Shown in pieces: positions 1 to 13,504 of a stretch of 64,000 bases of DNA (its first letter is position 1; each line of letters opens with the position of its first letter). The stretch is from contig OZ024758.1 in NCBI GenBank assembly GCA_964016885.1, forward strand, positions 1,364,001 to 1,428,000. The letters run 5' to 3'. Below the pieces are notes generated by a model. The model was given only the letters and a program-made list of their open reading frames with translations, was not told where the DNA came from and searched no databases. The translations under genes and the position numbers were made by a program. The stretch comes from Eledone cirrhosa (lineage: Eukaryota).

Positions 1-225
1 GATCTCATCCTTTGCTCTCCAGCAATGCCTGTATGTTATGGTATGGTATATATGGTCCCCTAACTCCTAACAAAGTTGTCGGGGTGCCACATTGATATAC
101 GGAGTTTCTAGGGCATTTTAAACATAGCCGCGCACATCTCGTCTCCAGGACTGAATACAGTAGATTTATTACAGAGAAGGAGAGAAAGTGAAGGCGAAGA
201 ATTGAGAAAGATATATAGAGGACGA

Positions 226-388
226 AATCGACCCCAGTAATAGTTTGGTACTTTTTTATCGACCTCAAAAGGATGAAAGGCCAAGTTGACCTCGGCGGGA
301 TTTGAACTCAGAGAGCAGAGAGTCGTAACAAACACCGCAAAGTATTTTATCCGACATTCCAGCAACTCTGACAATTCTCCGCCTACCC
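226..388 (-). mobile_element. tRNA-derived SINE, Meta-domain-type family (diverged copy)
   Basis: Minus strand has B-box GAGTTCAAATCCC, then GCCTTTCATCCT..GGTCGATAAAAAAGTACC, matching about 25 other copies in the window. Confidence 0.75.
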
Positions 389-651
389 AATAATGTCTAC
401 TACCATTTATAATTCTTAGATTTGATAATTGTAGCTAATTCGTCTTGTTTCTCCTTGTCAAATCTTGAGATTAAAAAGATCATTAGATATAATTGACTTG
501 AGGCAAATTACAAGCAAAGATTTGAAAGTTTGGTAAGTAAAAAGAGAGTTTTATTATCAGTTTCATGTCATCTTCTTTGTGAACTTCGATTGTCATCTGA
601 TTAGTTTGACGCTTTTAGGATGTAGATTAAGATCCTCAAGATAACCATTGC

Positions 652-706
<55 letters not shown>

Positions 707-1892
707 GGTGGTGGTGGTGGTGGTGGTGGTGGTGGTGGTGGTGGTGGTGGTAGTGGTGGTGTTGGTGGTTTGAGTAGTGGTGGTCGGTTGAATGTTTCTC
801 GTCGAAATAATATAGACTTAATAATATAGACTTATTGATCATCGATCCTCAAAGGACCAAATTGGCGAGATTAACTAAAAGCTAAAGTAGCAACTGTAGG
901 GCTGAGAGAATAAGGATGCCTGTAACAACATCAGAGAAGGTTAGTGTCTGCCTCACCCTCTCCCTTTCCTTTGTTGCTTGATTCTTCTTTCTTTTTCTTC
1001 TTTTTATTTCTAGTCTATAGTTTAGTGACAAACAGTACAGCTTTTCTATAGATTTCCTGCCGTATATGAATCAATCAAAGTATTTTTTAAAGTAAAGATG
1101 TGAATCATACAAGTATAAAATAGTTTTAACAATTCGATGACCAAAACAAAAAACAATAGTTAACAAAATTTATCTTTCGAAAGTTCGGGGGCAAAAATTA
1201 AAGTTTGTTTGAAAAATATATACCTGATATATAATATCTAAGGTATTAACTCGGTCTGTGGACATTACGTGATGCTGATGATGTTGATGATGATGATGTT
1301 GATGATGCTGATGATAACGATGATGATAAGGATGACGACAACGATGATGATGAGGATGATGATGATGTATCTCAGATCATATTATAGAGTATAACTAAAG
1401 TTAGATAATATATTATGAACTAATAAAATCTACAATAAAGTGAAATAGGAGAGAGAATATATTCGAGAGGGGAAAATGAAAGAAATATCAACTTGAGGAG
1501 AGAGCATGAGTTGGCGCTTATTTGCTTAAAATCAATGTGGAACAAAAGATCTTATACAAGTTGTCAAAAACTTCTTTGTCATCAATATTCACGTTTTATA
1601 TGTTCTTTGAGAAACGGCTTCTAGTTCCACAGAAACTTGATATATGGATTATTTGGGAACTTTGGGAAGAAAGAATTAAATAGCGAAATCGGTAGTTCAT
1701 AGATTTTTGTTGTTTCAGTAGCAAATATTACATAATGAAGGAGTTTAAGAAAGTCGAAGATGAGAATTTGATATTCAAGGATAGGATGATAGCAAAATTT
1801 AGATGTCATATAAGTTATAGAAACATTATGTTAAAATTGAGCCGTGGTTGGGTTAAAGTAACAACGCCCGGTGAAGAAGAACATAAACTATA

Positions 1893-2085
1893 TATGAAGG
1901 TGGGTTGACATATTCATAGGCTGACTACGAAGGTTGATGCTAGAGCTGTGAAATCTAGTATGTATTGATTTCAACGATTTTTATTAATAATTGCATTGTT
2001 ACTTTCCAGGAGCTATGTGGAGAAATAAACCTCATTTGATCATTCCATGAGGGTATCTTGGTCAGCCTATGAACTTGGCTGCACG
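1893..2085. mobile_element. Mariner/Tc1-like MITE (diverged copy of the 9942-10139 element)
   Basis: Shares ttcataggctgac...gctagagctgtgaaat...aaataaacctcatttg...atcttggtcagcctatgaa with the intact copy. Confidence 0.65.
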
Positions 2086-3070
2086 ATCTGGAAGAAATAG
2101 TAAGCAAACCTCCTTCAATTCACGCTTAAATGTAAACATGAATAATGGATCTTGCAATCCTTAATATGAAGGACGATCTTATATATGAAGTGATCATACT
2201 GAAACATATTTGATCGTCAGGTTGTTTGATGAAGGCAACAATAATGAGATATATAACAGTTGTCTAGTTGGTTTGTTTAGCAAATATACCTTACTTCTCT
2301 TTCTTATATGCTTCTTATATGTTTACTATTATTTAATTCCATGTCACTATGACTGAACTAGGCTGTAGCCACTACATCTGTCGTCAATATATAATTTCAA
2401 GTCAGAGCATGCATGGCTATTTTTTTTTAAAGTTAGCCATTACGTAGAGACTGTCTCGAATATTCATAAATATTAGCTATATTTATTTATTTATGTAAGT
2501 AGGTTTAGAGCTGTAACTCCTGGTGGAATCGTAGGAGTACCGTTGTGACATAAACATTCCTTGGGCATTTTAAACTTGATGGAGGCCATTTTATATAGAA
2601 TACAGTAAAAAACAACACCAACAACTCCAATATCGGAACTAAAATTTGACTGTTGCTTAGGTCAGTACATAACCGATACTGTTTACAGATACAGCTTGTA
2701 AATCATTTAACATGACCTTAACAAATATATATTCCTTCAGTTGGTATAACAGTTATATGTGTGTCAAAGATCATGCTGACATTTCACCCCTTGAAACTTT
2801 GTTTAATTATGTCAAATGGTTTTCAATTCAATTTGAAACATTTAACTGAACTGAAAAGTATGACATTTCCTGCTATTAACTGCTACAAATATTAAATAAT
2901 TCGGCGTGCTTAGAGTTTATAAACTTGTGATTCGGAACAGAGTAATTACTTAATAGAAAATTGGACTGAAGCACAAGAAAAGGATAAAATGCACATATCT
3001 AAAATATAAAACTATAATTGTAAAACAACTCTGTATTATATCTCTGCGAAATAGACAGATTATAATATAA

Positions 3071-3216
3071 TTGTCTCTACTTTAGGCACAAGGCCAGCAA
3101 TTACCCAGTGCATTACTGGTACTTTATTTTATCGACCTAGTAAGGATGAAAGGCAAAGTCAACCTCGGCGGGATTTGAACTCAGATCTGAACTCAGATAC
3201 TGCCAATCCACCACCC
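3071..3216 (-). mobile_element. Meta-type SINE, internally deleted, with flanking direct repeat
   Basis: Family core present; AAATAGACAGATTATAATATAAT repeated at 3049-3071 and 3225-3247. Confidence 0.8.
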
Positions 3217-3262
3217 TTTAGATTAAATAGACAGATTATAATATAATGCACATCAATTACAA

Positions 3263-3345
<83 letters not shown>

Positions 3346-3404
3346 GGGTGTATATATATACACATATATATATATTTATACAGTTGTAATTCATGTGTAT
3401 TATA

Positions 3405-3445
3405 TTTTCATAAGAATGAAACAGTTCTAGCCCTGTAGACATCAT
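3405..3445 (+). ncRNA. Family-A HHR 3' fragment (5' core missing)
   Basis: TTC-ATAA-GAA-T-GAAA-CAG-TTCTAGCC-CTG-TA matches the complete copy at 5475-5529. Confidence 0.5.
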
Positions 3446-3730
3446 CTGTATATATAAAAAAGATGCCTATACTCTACCATTCGCGTATAATAGGGAGAGA
3501 TGAGGAGAGCAAAAGAGACTGATGCAGGGAATATAAAATGTATGGCTTTATCCTGATTGATATTATAAGTGGCTGAGTATTCCACAGTGAGGTGTACCAT
3601 ACACAGAACCACACGTGACCCCTAAGTAACTAATTCATTCAGCAGCAATTGTGAGAAGCTGGGCTTCACAAAAGCAGAATGAATGCGGTTAATTATTAAA
3701 CTAGAATCCCAAGCCATTAATAAAACAAAA

Positions 3731-5107
3731 ATACCTCGATCTGTCAACCAAACCTCGATCTGTCAACCAAACCTCGATCTGTCAACCAAACCTCGATCTG
3801 TCAAACATACCTCGATCTGTCAACCAAACCTCGATCTGTCAACCATACCTCGATCTGCCAAACCTACCTCGATCTGTCAACCAAACCTCGATCTGTCAAC
3901 CATACCTCGATCTGTCAACCAAACCTCGATCTGTCAAACATACCTCGATCTGTCAACCAAACCTCGATCTGTCAACCATACCTCGATCTGTCAAACATAC
4001 CTCGATCTGTCAACCAAACCTCGATCTGTCAACCAAACCTCGATCTGTCAACCATACCTCGATCTGTCAACCATACCTCGATCTGTCAACCAAACCTCGA
4101 TCTGTCAACCATACCTCGATCTGTCAAACATACCTCGATCTGTCAACCAAACCTCGATCTGTCACCATACCTCGATCTGTCAACCATACCTCGATCTGTC
4201 AACCAAACCTCGATCTGTCAACCATACCTCGATCTGTCAACCATACCTCGATCTGTCAACCATACCTCGATCTGTCAACATACCTCGATCTGTCAACCAA
4301 ACCTCGATCTGTCAACCAAACCTCGATCTGTCAACCATACCTCGATCTGTCAACCATACTCGATCTGTCAACCTCTGTCAACCATACCTCGATCTGTCAA
4401 ACATACCTCGATCTGTCAACCATACCTCGATCTGTCAACCATACCTCGATCTGTCAACCAAACCTCGATCTGTCAAACATACCTCGATCTGTCAACCATA
4501 CCTCGATCTGTCAACCATACCTCGATCTGTCAACCATACCTCGATCTGTCAAACATACCTCGATCTGTCAACCATACCTCGATCTGTCAATCAAACCTCG
4601 ATCTGTCAACCATACCTCGATCTGTCAAACATACCTCGATCTGTCAACCATACCTCGATCTGTCAACCATACCTCGATCTGTCAACCATACCTCGATCTG
4701 TCAAACATACCTCGATCTGTCAACCATACCTCGATCTGTCAACCAAACCTCGATCTGTCAAACATACCTCGATCTGTCAACCATACCTCGATCTGTCAAC
4801 CATACCTCGATCTGTCAACCAAACCTCGATCTGTCAAACATACCTCGATCTGTCAACCATACCTCGATCTGTCAACCATACCTCGATCTGTCAACCATAC
4901 CTCGATCTGTCAAACATACCTCGATCTGTCAACCATACCTCGATCTGTCAACCAAACCTCGATCTGTCAACCATACCTCGATCTGTCAACCATACCTCGA
5001 TCTGTCAACCATACCTCGATCTGTCAAACATACCTCGATCTGTCAACCATACCTCGATCTGTCAACCAAACCTCGATCTGTCAAACATACCTCGATCTGT
5101 CAAACAT
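3731..5107. repeat. Tandem satellite, 19-bp unit ACCTCGATCTGTCAA(C/A)CA(T/A), about 72 copies
   Basis: Period of 19 read directly; explains the 480-aa ORF. Confidence 0.97.
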
Positions 5108-5344
5108 TCCTCAACTGGCCAGTAATACGTACATATACACACGTGTATAGATACAAACATAATTACGTACATGTACACAAGTTAAAACTTACACACCCAC
5201 AAATGGCGTCCGTATTAATGATCATGCATTCGTGTGCAAATGCATAAATTGTTAGTTTGCATATATTAATTTACATAGACACTAACCCCCCCCCCCCCCC
5301 CACCGCACACACATATATGTATATATTCACATTAAGTGATTCCC

Positions 5345-5390
<46 letters not shown>

Positions 5391-5581
5391 GTAGGTCCCG
5401 GGTTGAGTCGGGGATAACCACAGTAAGTAAGGTACTCAATACATGGCAGAGTAAAATTTTTTTATTTTATAGAAGGAGCTTCTACAGGACTAGTACTGTT
5501 TCATTCAGATGAAATCTTCAGGAAGCTCCTGAAGATTTCATCTGAATGAAACAGTACTAGTCCTGTAGAAGCTCCTTCTAT

Positions 5582-5587
<6 letters not shown>
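5391..5587 (-). mobile_element. Family-A HHR-bearing short element (Penelope pLTR/retrozyme-like) with fold-back, between (TA)n tracts
   Basis: Perfect palindrome 5463-5587 (61-bp arms, 3-nt loop). Its 3' tail 5391-5447 matches 13985-14042 in the opposite orientation. Confidence 0.7.
5475..5529 (-). ncRNA. Type-I hammerhead ribozyme (family A)
   Basis: GGAGCTTC-CTGAAGA-T TTC atct GAA T-GAAA-CAG tactagtc CTG-TA-GAAGCTCC: 8-bp stem I, 4-bp stem III, GUA triplet. Confidence 0.85.
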
Positions 5588-5673
<86 letters not shown>

Positions 5674-5760
5674 CGAGTGTAAACTCGGTCGAAGAAGATA
5701 TATATATATAAATTATATACATGTAAGTATGTATGTATATATTCATATAAAGCGATTTCC

Positions 5761-5851
<91 letters not shown>

Positions 5852-5868
5852 TTCCTATAAAGATGACC

Positions 5869-6068
5869 NNNNNNNNNNNNNNNNNNNNNNNNNNNNNNNN
5901 NNNNNNNNNNNNNNNNNNNNNNNNNNNNNNNNNNNNNNNNNNNNNNNNNNNNNNNNNNNNNNNNNNNNNNNNNNNNNNNNNNNNNNNNNNNNNNNNNNNN
6001 NNNNNNNNNNNNNNNNNNNNNNNNNNNNNNNNNNNNNNNNNNNNNNNNNNNNNNNNNNNNNNNNNNNN
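5869..6068. other. Assembly gap (200 N)
   Basis: Run of N. Confidence 1.
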
Positions 6069-6359
6069 GAGCTTTGAAATCTTGCATGTATTAATTTCAA
6101 ATCTCCTTTTAATAACTGCACTGTTCCTTTCCTGGGACTATGTTGAAAAATAAACCTCATTTGGTCATTCCATGAGAGTACCTTGGTCAGCTTATGAAGG
6201 AGTGATGTTATTGCTTTGAAATCTTGTATGCATTAATTTCAACTCTTCTTAATAACTACATTGTTTCTTTTTAGGGAATTTGTTGGAAAAACAAACCTCA
6301 TTTGATTATTCCATGAGAGTATCTTGGTCAGCCTATGAAATTTTCAGATAACATTCGTA
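6069..6359. mobile_element. Two tandem partial copies of the mariner-like MITE
   Basis: Internal MITE sequence repeated at about 6069-6197 and 6193-6359, ending ...aattttcagataacattcgTA. Confidence 0.65.
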
Positions 6360-7058
6360 CTAATATTGCTTTTCTAAATTCCGAATGACTCGTGAGTTTC
6401 AGTAAAGCTGTACAAATTAAATATCGTAAAGCATCGAAGAACAGAGGATTTTCACACCTAATATGGTCTTTATTTCTTTATGAGGGCAACCCAACAGATG
6501 CTAGGGTTATTGCCGGTAACCGACACAATTACATATTTGTTTTGTATCGGTAGAGCAAATTAAATTATTGTTTACAAGAATTCTATCTTCTTATTCTAAC
6601 AAATCGCAGCGGATTGTTCCGAATTATAATGATAAGATAATTAGGTTATTTAATATCTAATTAATTAAGGAATACTTTTGTTGAGAGATAATAACATGAT
6701 TGTAATGTAGGCCATCGACATATGTCAGCAAATGATGAAACAGAATCAAAGAGGGTGGGGAATCAATCAGAAAATGTAATTAGATTAGTACATACCATAC
6801 TAATCTCTCAACAAGGATTCAAAACAGATTTCAATTTAAGTGGTTCCCTTAGATATAGACATAACTTAATTACTATAAAAATTAGTTCATTGCTAGCTTC
6901 AAGATATAGCCATGAAGATCGTCATGTGGAATTCTTATAAATATAAGAGGTCCGATGGAGAACATATGAAGACTTCTAAACTGTACCTCAATATTGGTCA
7001 TTTCTGATCTTCAATAATGTGTTTTACCCAGCTGGACAGGTCAACACGTAACGGATTG

Positions 7059-7130
<72 letters not shown>

Positions 7131-7396
7131 CATTGATTCTAGCTGTAAAAATGTCAAATTATTCTACATTGTATTGTAATAACGAATGTTGTGGAGTGAA
7201 ATCAGAATAAAAATATTGATTTATTTTATAAAAATAAATTATAGACAATAGAATTAATACAAGTATATTTATACCTTTTGTGACTATACTCCCACTGTCT
7301 CTAAAAAAACGAGATATAATACATCTAAATAATAAAATTGTCCTTGATTGTAGCTTATTGGCGGAGGGAGGGGCTAAACAACCAAACTGGCAGCTA

Positions 7397-7780
7397 GTAT
7401 AAGAGACTGATAGAATAACTTGGTTGATGTTTGTTAAATCTTGTAGATGTATCAGTCTTGGTAGAGCCGCTGTTTGTTGGAATTGAGAGGTGACGGCTGT
7501 GATATTACAGACATGTGGTTAGAATGGCTCAGGAAAGAGTCCCTGATCAGATTTTACGGGCAAAGCCAAGTGGTAGGAGCCCCAGGGCTAGACTTCAAGG
7601 ATGATGATTGAATAACATCCATGAGCTTGGCTGGTCTCGCTTGAGGAAACAACCAGATCAGTTGGAGACAGTTATTTCTGACAGTACTCATTGGAAGGAG
7701 TGTTTGAGGCGTCTGCTCCCACAACTCTCTCAAGAATAAATGGGAGGAGAAGAAAAAGAAAAGAAGAAGAAAGAGAAAAA
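7397..7780 (+). mobile_element. RTE-clade LINE 3' end (dead ORF C-terminus plus GAA-rich tail)
   Basis: Translates VEPLFVGIER*RL*YYRHVVRMAQERVPDQILRAKPSGRSPRAR...LNNIHELGWSRL, resembling the RTE/Expander C-terminal 'LRWxGHxxRM...GxRPRGRP' pattern, with stop codons. Confidence 0.75.
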
Positions 7781-8175
7781 ATTGATCACTGAGTGTTTAT
7801 CGAACGTTTATGAAGATTTACCCACTCTATTGATAACAGGAGGGTAAAAATGTTCAATCAATCCCATCACAAGTAAAAATGTTAATTCCCAATTGAATAT
7901 TAGCAAACATCTAATCCAATGGACTGCCATTGTGTATACTCGAACGACATTAACAGCTCCCAACTATTGGGATAAACACCATAACAACAGTGATGACAAT
8001 AACAAAAACAAGGCAAGACTTATGACATCTCATGTCGATAATAGAGAAAAGAATAATCTATTGTTAATCTGACATAATCACTACCACAAATAACTATTGA
8101 TATTATAATAATTAAATATTAGTGGCTATCTGTTTGTTTATGTAAATATACTAAAGATACTAATAATAGTAACTA

Positions 8176-8492
8176 ATGATGATGTTGGTGATGGTGATAG
8201 TGATGATGATGCTGTTGGTGATAGTGATGATGTTGTTGATGATGATGATGATGATGATGCTGTTGGTGATGGTGATGATGTTGGTGATGGTGATAGTGAT
8301 GATGATGTTGTTGGTGATAGTGATGATGTTGGTGATGGTTATAATGATGTTGTTGGTGATGGTGATGATGTTGTTGATGATGATGATGATGATGTTGTTG
8401 GTGATGGTGATGATGTTGTTGATGGTTATAATGATGATGTTGGTGATGGTGATAGTGATGATGTTGGTGATGGTGATAGTGATGATGATGAT
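8176..8492. repeat. Degenerate (GAT/GGT/GTT)n trinucleotide tract
   Basis: Low-complexity repeat read directly. Confidence 0.9.
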
Positions 8493-8605
8493 AATCCTGC
8501 TCATCTCTATATCACAGCCACAACTTAGATACAAAACATTGAACAACAGAAACAACGACAGAAGCTGCAGAATACCTGTAATAGGAAAACGCAGAAAATC
8601 CTACA

Positions 8606-8713
<108 letters not shown>

Positions 8714-8861
8714 GAGAGAGGGAAATGTATTTAAATACATTTATATCTGTGACGAACGATTGCGCATAATCATATATATTTAAGCACATACATAAGCAAT
8801 ACCTGTATGAGTACACACACACACACACACACGCGCGCACATATATATATATACTCTCTCA

Positions 8862-8971
<110 letters not shown>

Positions 8972-9283
8972 AAGTATCTAAAAATGTAATATGAATATCC
9001 AAATGAATATCCATAAGTTGAACAGATAAACGTTGAAATGTATTATAGTGTAGCAAAATCACAAGCAGCCTGTAATGGGAGCAGCATAACGCTTCTGAAC
9101 TCCCTAATGGGGGCAACAGAACCCTTCATATCTCCAAACAAAAGACTGCAGTTTCATCTCCTCTACGTTAACATCTTATATTTTGTAAAACTTACTTAGG
9201 CGTTCGGATTCCCTTTCATTCTACTTCAAGTGATATTATCATAACTTCATAACTTCACCTTGTGAAATGACTCAAGAAGAGTA

Positions 9284-9315
<32 letters not shown>

Positions 9316-9450
9316 AGTAAGTATGTTTTGAAACAGTGAGCGAGTTTGAAATTAGAAAATATATAGCTTTCACCGTATTTTTGACTAAAGGAATATTTTA
9401 GCTTGATAACGGGGTTTAGAACCCTCAGATAAATGGAAAAAGATGAGTAT

Positions 9451-9514
9451 TGACGTACATGGGAGTCGAACCCACATGTGTGGTTATCGCGACCACTGTG
9501 CTACCATTACACCA

Positions 9515-9521
<7 letters not shown>
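9451..9521 (-). pseudogene. tRNA-like cloverleaf (tRNA pseudogene or isolated SINE head)
   Basis: D arm GTGT/GCAC, anticodon arm GTGGT-CGCGATA-ACCAC, T arm GTGGG-TTCGACT-CCCAT, T5 run at 9441-9437. The acceptor stem is mostly G-U pairs and U33 is absent. Confidence 0.6.
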
Positions 9522-9597
<76 letters not shown>

Positions 9598-9941
9598 AAA
9601 GCCTGCAAGAGATACTTGGGTACATAAACATACATACACACATACATGCACCCACCCTTCCATATATATATATACTTACGTAGTTATCATTATAAAACTC
9701 CCCACTAACTAACATATTTATATGGGCTGTATCTGCTGTACGTATTGATGTAATGATATATTGTTAAGGTATATATGTATCTAGGAGTATTTACATGAGT
9801 ATGTTCACGGAGATAGACAGTTTTCTGAGAGTGTGTATATGTGTAGGGAAATCTTCCTGTTTATGACGGGCTCTAATGATATGAAACAAATGCGAGAGTA
9901 AAACACTCGTTTTGTTTTAATATTTCAAGCTTGTAGATCTA

Positions 9942-10139
9942 CGAGGGTCAACTGAAAAATTCATAGACTGACTATGAGGGAGTGATGCTAGAGCTGTGAA
10001 ATTTTACATACATTAATTTCAACTATTCTTATTAATAACTACATTGTTTCTTTCTAGGGACTTTGTGGAAAAATAAACTTCATTTGCTCATTCCGTGAGA
10101 GTATCTTGGTTAGCCGATGAATTTTTCAGCCGGCCCACG
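9942..10139. mobile_element. Mariner/Tc1-like MITE, 198 bp, TA target duplication
   Basis: Imperfect TIRs CGAGGGTCAACTGAAAAATTCAT / ATGAATTTTTCAGCCGGCCCACG; TA at 9940-9941 and 10140-10141. Confidence 0.85.
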
Positions 10140-10977
10140 TATATAAATTTCTAAAATAAACTTTAATATCATAGAACTCTATGCTACTTACCCTGTAGAA
10201 GAAAGGGCAGCCATAACAGCGTCCTTATCATACCCAATCCCAATGTTTACTGTACATCCGAGATTTGAGCTGCCTACTAGATACGGCATAACAGTTGTTT
10301 ATGACTGCGTCTGTTGGAGTGAAATTGTATGTTGCAACGATTCTAAATCGAGCATATCTGTGAACCTATTGTAATCGGCTTATATCAGATTTAGTTCAAT
10401 ATTTTATTAAGAAGCAAATTATGAGATTATAAACTGAGATTACCCTCGGTATAGTTATCACAATAGCTGCAAATATGAATATGATCAGATATTTTAACTG
10501 AAATAATTTATATATACAAGACTAGAAAAATGAGTATTTTGTACTCCTTACTCCTTAGAGGACAAATGTTTTCTGAGACAAGTGAGGCGAAACGATGAAG
10601 TTATACTCAAAATATATGTCTGACCTAAATGCTTGTAAAATAGTGTGTTCTGCTAAAGGCAGCAATTATCGTTAGAACATAGAACAAAATGTTCTTCGTT
10701 AAATCAAACCGACCAGAAATTGATATTATCACATAGACGTATCATTCTAAATCATGTAAGACAGAGCAACACTTGAATCCGCTAATCCTCCGATATAATA
10801 AACTTCACTGTAGATTTTATTTACTATAGATGTCGTAGGAACTTTGGTTTAGAATCATTGTACTTATATTTCATTTGTCGAAATTTAGGCATAAATCATA
10901 ACGAAATAATATCAACAGTACTAAAGAAATAGTGAATTTAATTGTCTCCTGAAAAATATTTCTCGTCGATGATTCTA

Positions 10978-11022
10978 TACCTTTATGTTATACCTTTATG
11001 TTATACCTTTATGTTATACCTT
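10978..11022. repeat. 13-bp tandem repeat ATACCTTTATGTT, about 3.5 copies
   Basis: Read directly. Confidence 0.85.
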
Positions 11023-12141
11023 TTTTAATATATATCAATTTTTAATATTTCATATAAGCAAATATTTCCTATAAGATGGAAAAGATTATAGTTATGTACT
11101 TCGCTGATAACATACTCAGATGAATATAGAAACTAGATACGCTCGTAACACCACAATTCACATCTTTCCTGTACACAAACATACACTCTACTACATAGAT
11201 ATACATGTTGTATATAGCTCTAAATATGATGTTCATAAATTTTACTTATATGTGCGTGTGTTAAAGCATAGCATGTAGGTACATATGCCTCAGTTTACTT
11301 CAGAGTGTGAGTGTCTGTATATGTGTGTGTATATGCGTACATTCCAATTATCTTTATCGAACTCAAATTAGCCAGCTTGAAATATGTCTTTTTAAGTATA
11401 ATACTTGAGTTTTGGGATGGTTTCTTCGTTTTCTAAAAATAATTGCCCAAAAGCTAAACAAAACGAGCTAACGTAAAAGGGAAAATGTCCTGTATATTTT
11501 ATATATATATATATAGTTATAGTTATCTATATATTTCTATTTATATGTCTGCCGAACTCAAATTAAATGTCTTTCGAATGTCTCATTGGCACGATTGAAA
11601 TATTTTATGCAGTTTTATATTTCTGTAGATTTAGGTTTTCTAGGTTTTCTCATTTAATCGTTCGTGAGAGAAATAAAACTCTATAGAAACAGGAATAACA
11701 TATTTGAAAACAGAAACATGAAGCTAAGATTTGTTACTATTTCCCAGATATTTGTACATTATTCTATGTACTATACATGCACCTTTGATGAGTTGTAGTC
11801 ATCTGAGCACTGTACACAATAATTTCATTATTATTATTATATAAAATGAAATTGTACAAAAATTCAGGGACGTTTCTTTTGTGTATTTTAGTTACTAAAT
11901 ATATAAACATAAATGATCTTCAAATAATTTTTAAAATTGCAATTTAAATCATGAATTTCAATGTATGATTAATTCAGCAAAAGGTTAATATTTTGACGAT
12001 AGACTAAATGTTCCTCAATACGTTTTATATTTAATGTATAAGCTAAGGCGATATAGTACTAAATACACACGTGTGTAGCTTCAGGATATATTGAGTACCA
12101 TGATATAAAGATAGAATGAGTCATGCTTTCTCTATGGAGGA

Positions 12142-12185
<44 letters not shown>

Positions 12186-12239
12186 TGGTGGGGGAGGGCG
12201 TGTAAACACTAGACACGTCTAAAATTGTTTGCATTATTA

Positions 12240-12578
12240 ACGGGTTTTAGGACGTTGTGACATAGTGTTAAGGCCCTTTACATTCTGGGTTCAAATCCTG
12301 CCGAGGTTAGCTTTGCCTTTCATCCTTACGGAGTCGATACAATAAAGTACCAGTAATGTACTGGGGTCGATTTAATCGAATTTCCTCTCCCTCCAAATTA
12401 CTGGCCTTGTGCCTATACTAGAATAATTATTAACTGGTCTTTAGGATGTTGTGGCATAGTGCGACTGCCCTTTACATTCTGGGTTCAAATCCCGCCGAGG
12501 TTTGCTTTGCCTTTCATCCTTACGGGGTCGATAAAATAAAGTACCAGTAATGTACTGGGGACGATTTAATCGACTTTC
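12240..12578 (+). mobile_element. Two head-to-tail Meta-type SINEs (long subfamily)
   Basis: Two near-identical copies of ttacattctgggttcaaatcc..gcctttcatccttacgg..aaagtaccagtaatgtactgggg. Confidence 0.85.
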
Positions 12579-12594
12579 TAACGTGAAATAAAAT

Positions 12595-12691
12595 ATTTTG
12601 CTCAAGAACAAAATTGAAAGCCCGGTCCGAGAATCGAACTCGGATTTCACGATTGTAACCCCGGCGCTCTTACCACTAAGCCACCAGCCTT
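12595..12691 (-). mobile_element. CORE-type SINE head (second family)
   Basis: Minus strand: A-box TGGCTTAGTGG, B-box GAGTTCGATTC, then ttgttcttgagcaa... Confidence 0.65.
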
Positions 12692-13504
12692 CTAATCAGC
12701 ATAATAAAGTAAGTGAGCATAATAGAGTTTGATCTTTTGACTAGGTTGTTAGTGACACTTGTCGTAAAATCCAATAATTTATACTTCATTTTAATAATAT
12801 GATTGGATTTTGATGTGGGGGTTCTGTAGGTTTTGTTTTCCTTTCTAGGTCAGTATCACTAATGAAGATCGTGTTTGAATCAATATTACTATACGGTAAC
12901 AAAGTTTTATAAGTAAACGGATATATTTATTTATGAATATCAATGACGAGAGACATATAAAGACTCGTTATATATATATATATATAAGTTATTATATATA
13001 AGTGTATGTTTGTATATGCATGTGTGTATATGTGTGTATGTGTGTGTATATATATATATATATATTTGCTTATTAGTGGATGTCTATGTATATATGTGTA
13101 TGTGTGTATATTTGCTTATTGTTGGATGTGTGTATATATATATATATATATAAGTATATGTGTATATATATATTTATTTATTCGTGAATGTGTGTGTATA
13201 TATGTGTATATGTATATATATATATATATATGTATATATATTTACTTATTGAAGAATATGTGTGTATATATGTGTGCGTGTATGTGTGTGTATATATGTG
13301 TATATGTGTATGTGTGTATGTGTATATATGTAAATGTCTCTCCAGCAGAGAGAGACATTTTTGCTAGGGGGAGGAACTGTGGTTTAGCGGAGGCTTGTTT
13401 CGAAATAACTTTAGTCAAATGGTCCATGAGGGGTACTGAGGATGTCACGGGTGTGTGATGAAAGAACTTTGATAGACTCTCTCCCTATATATATATATAT
13501 ATAT

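Noticed and set aside
3683-5125. 480-aa ORF
   Set aside because: It is the translation of a stop-free 19-bp satellite; no domain or splice evidence.
5743-6160. ORFs spanning the N run
   Set aside because: Artefacts of the assembly gap.
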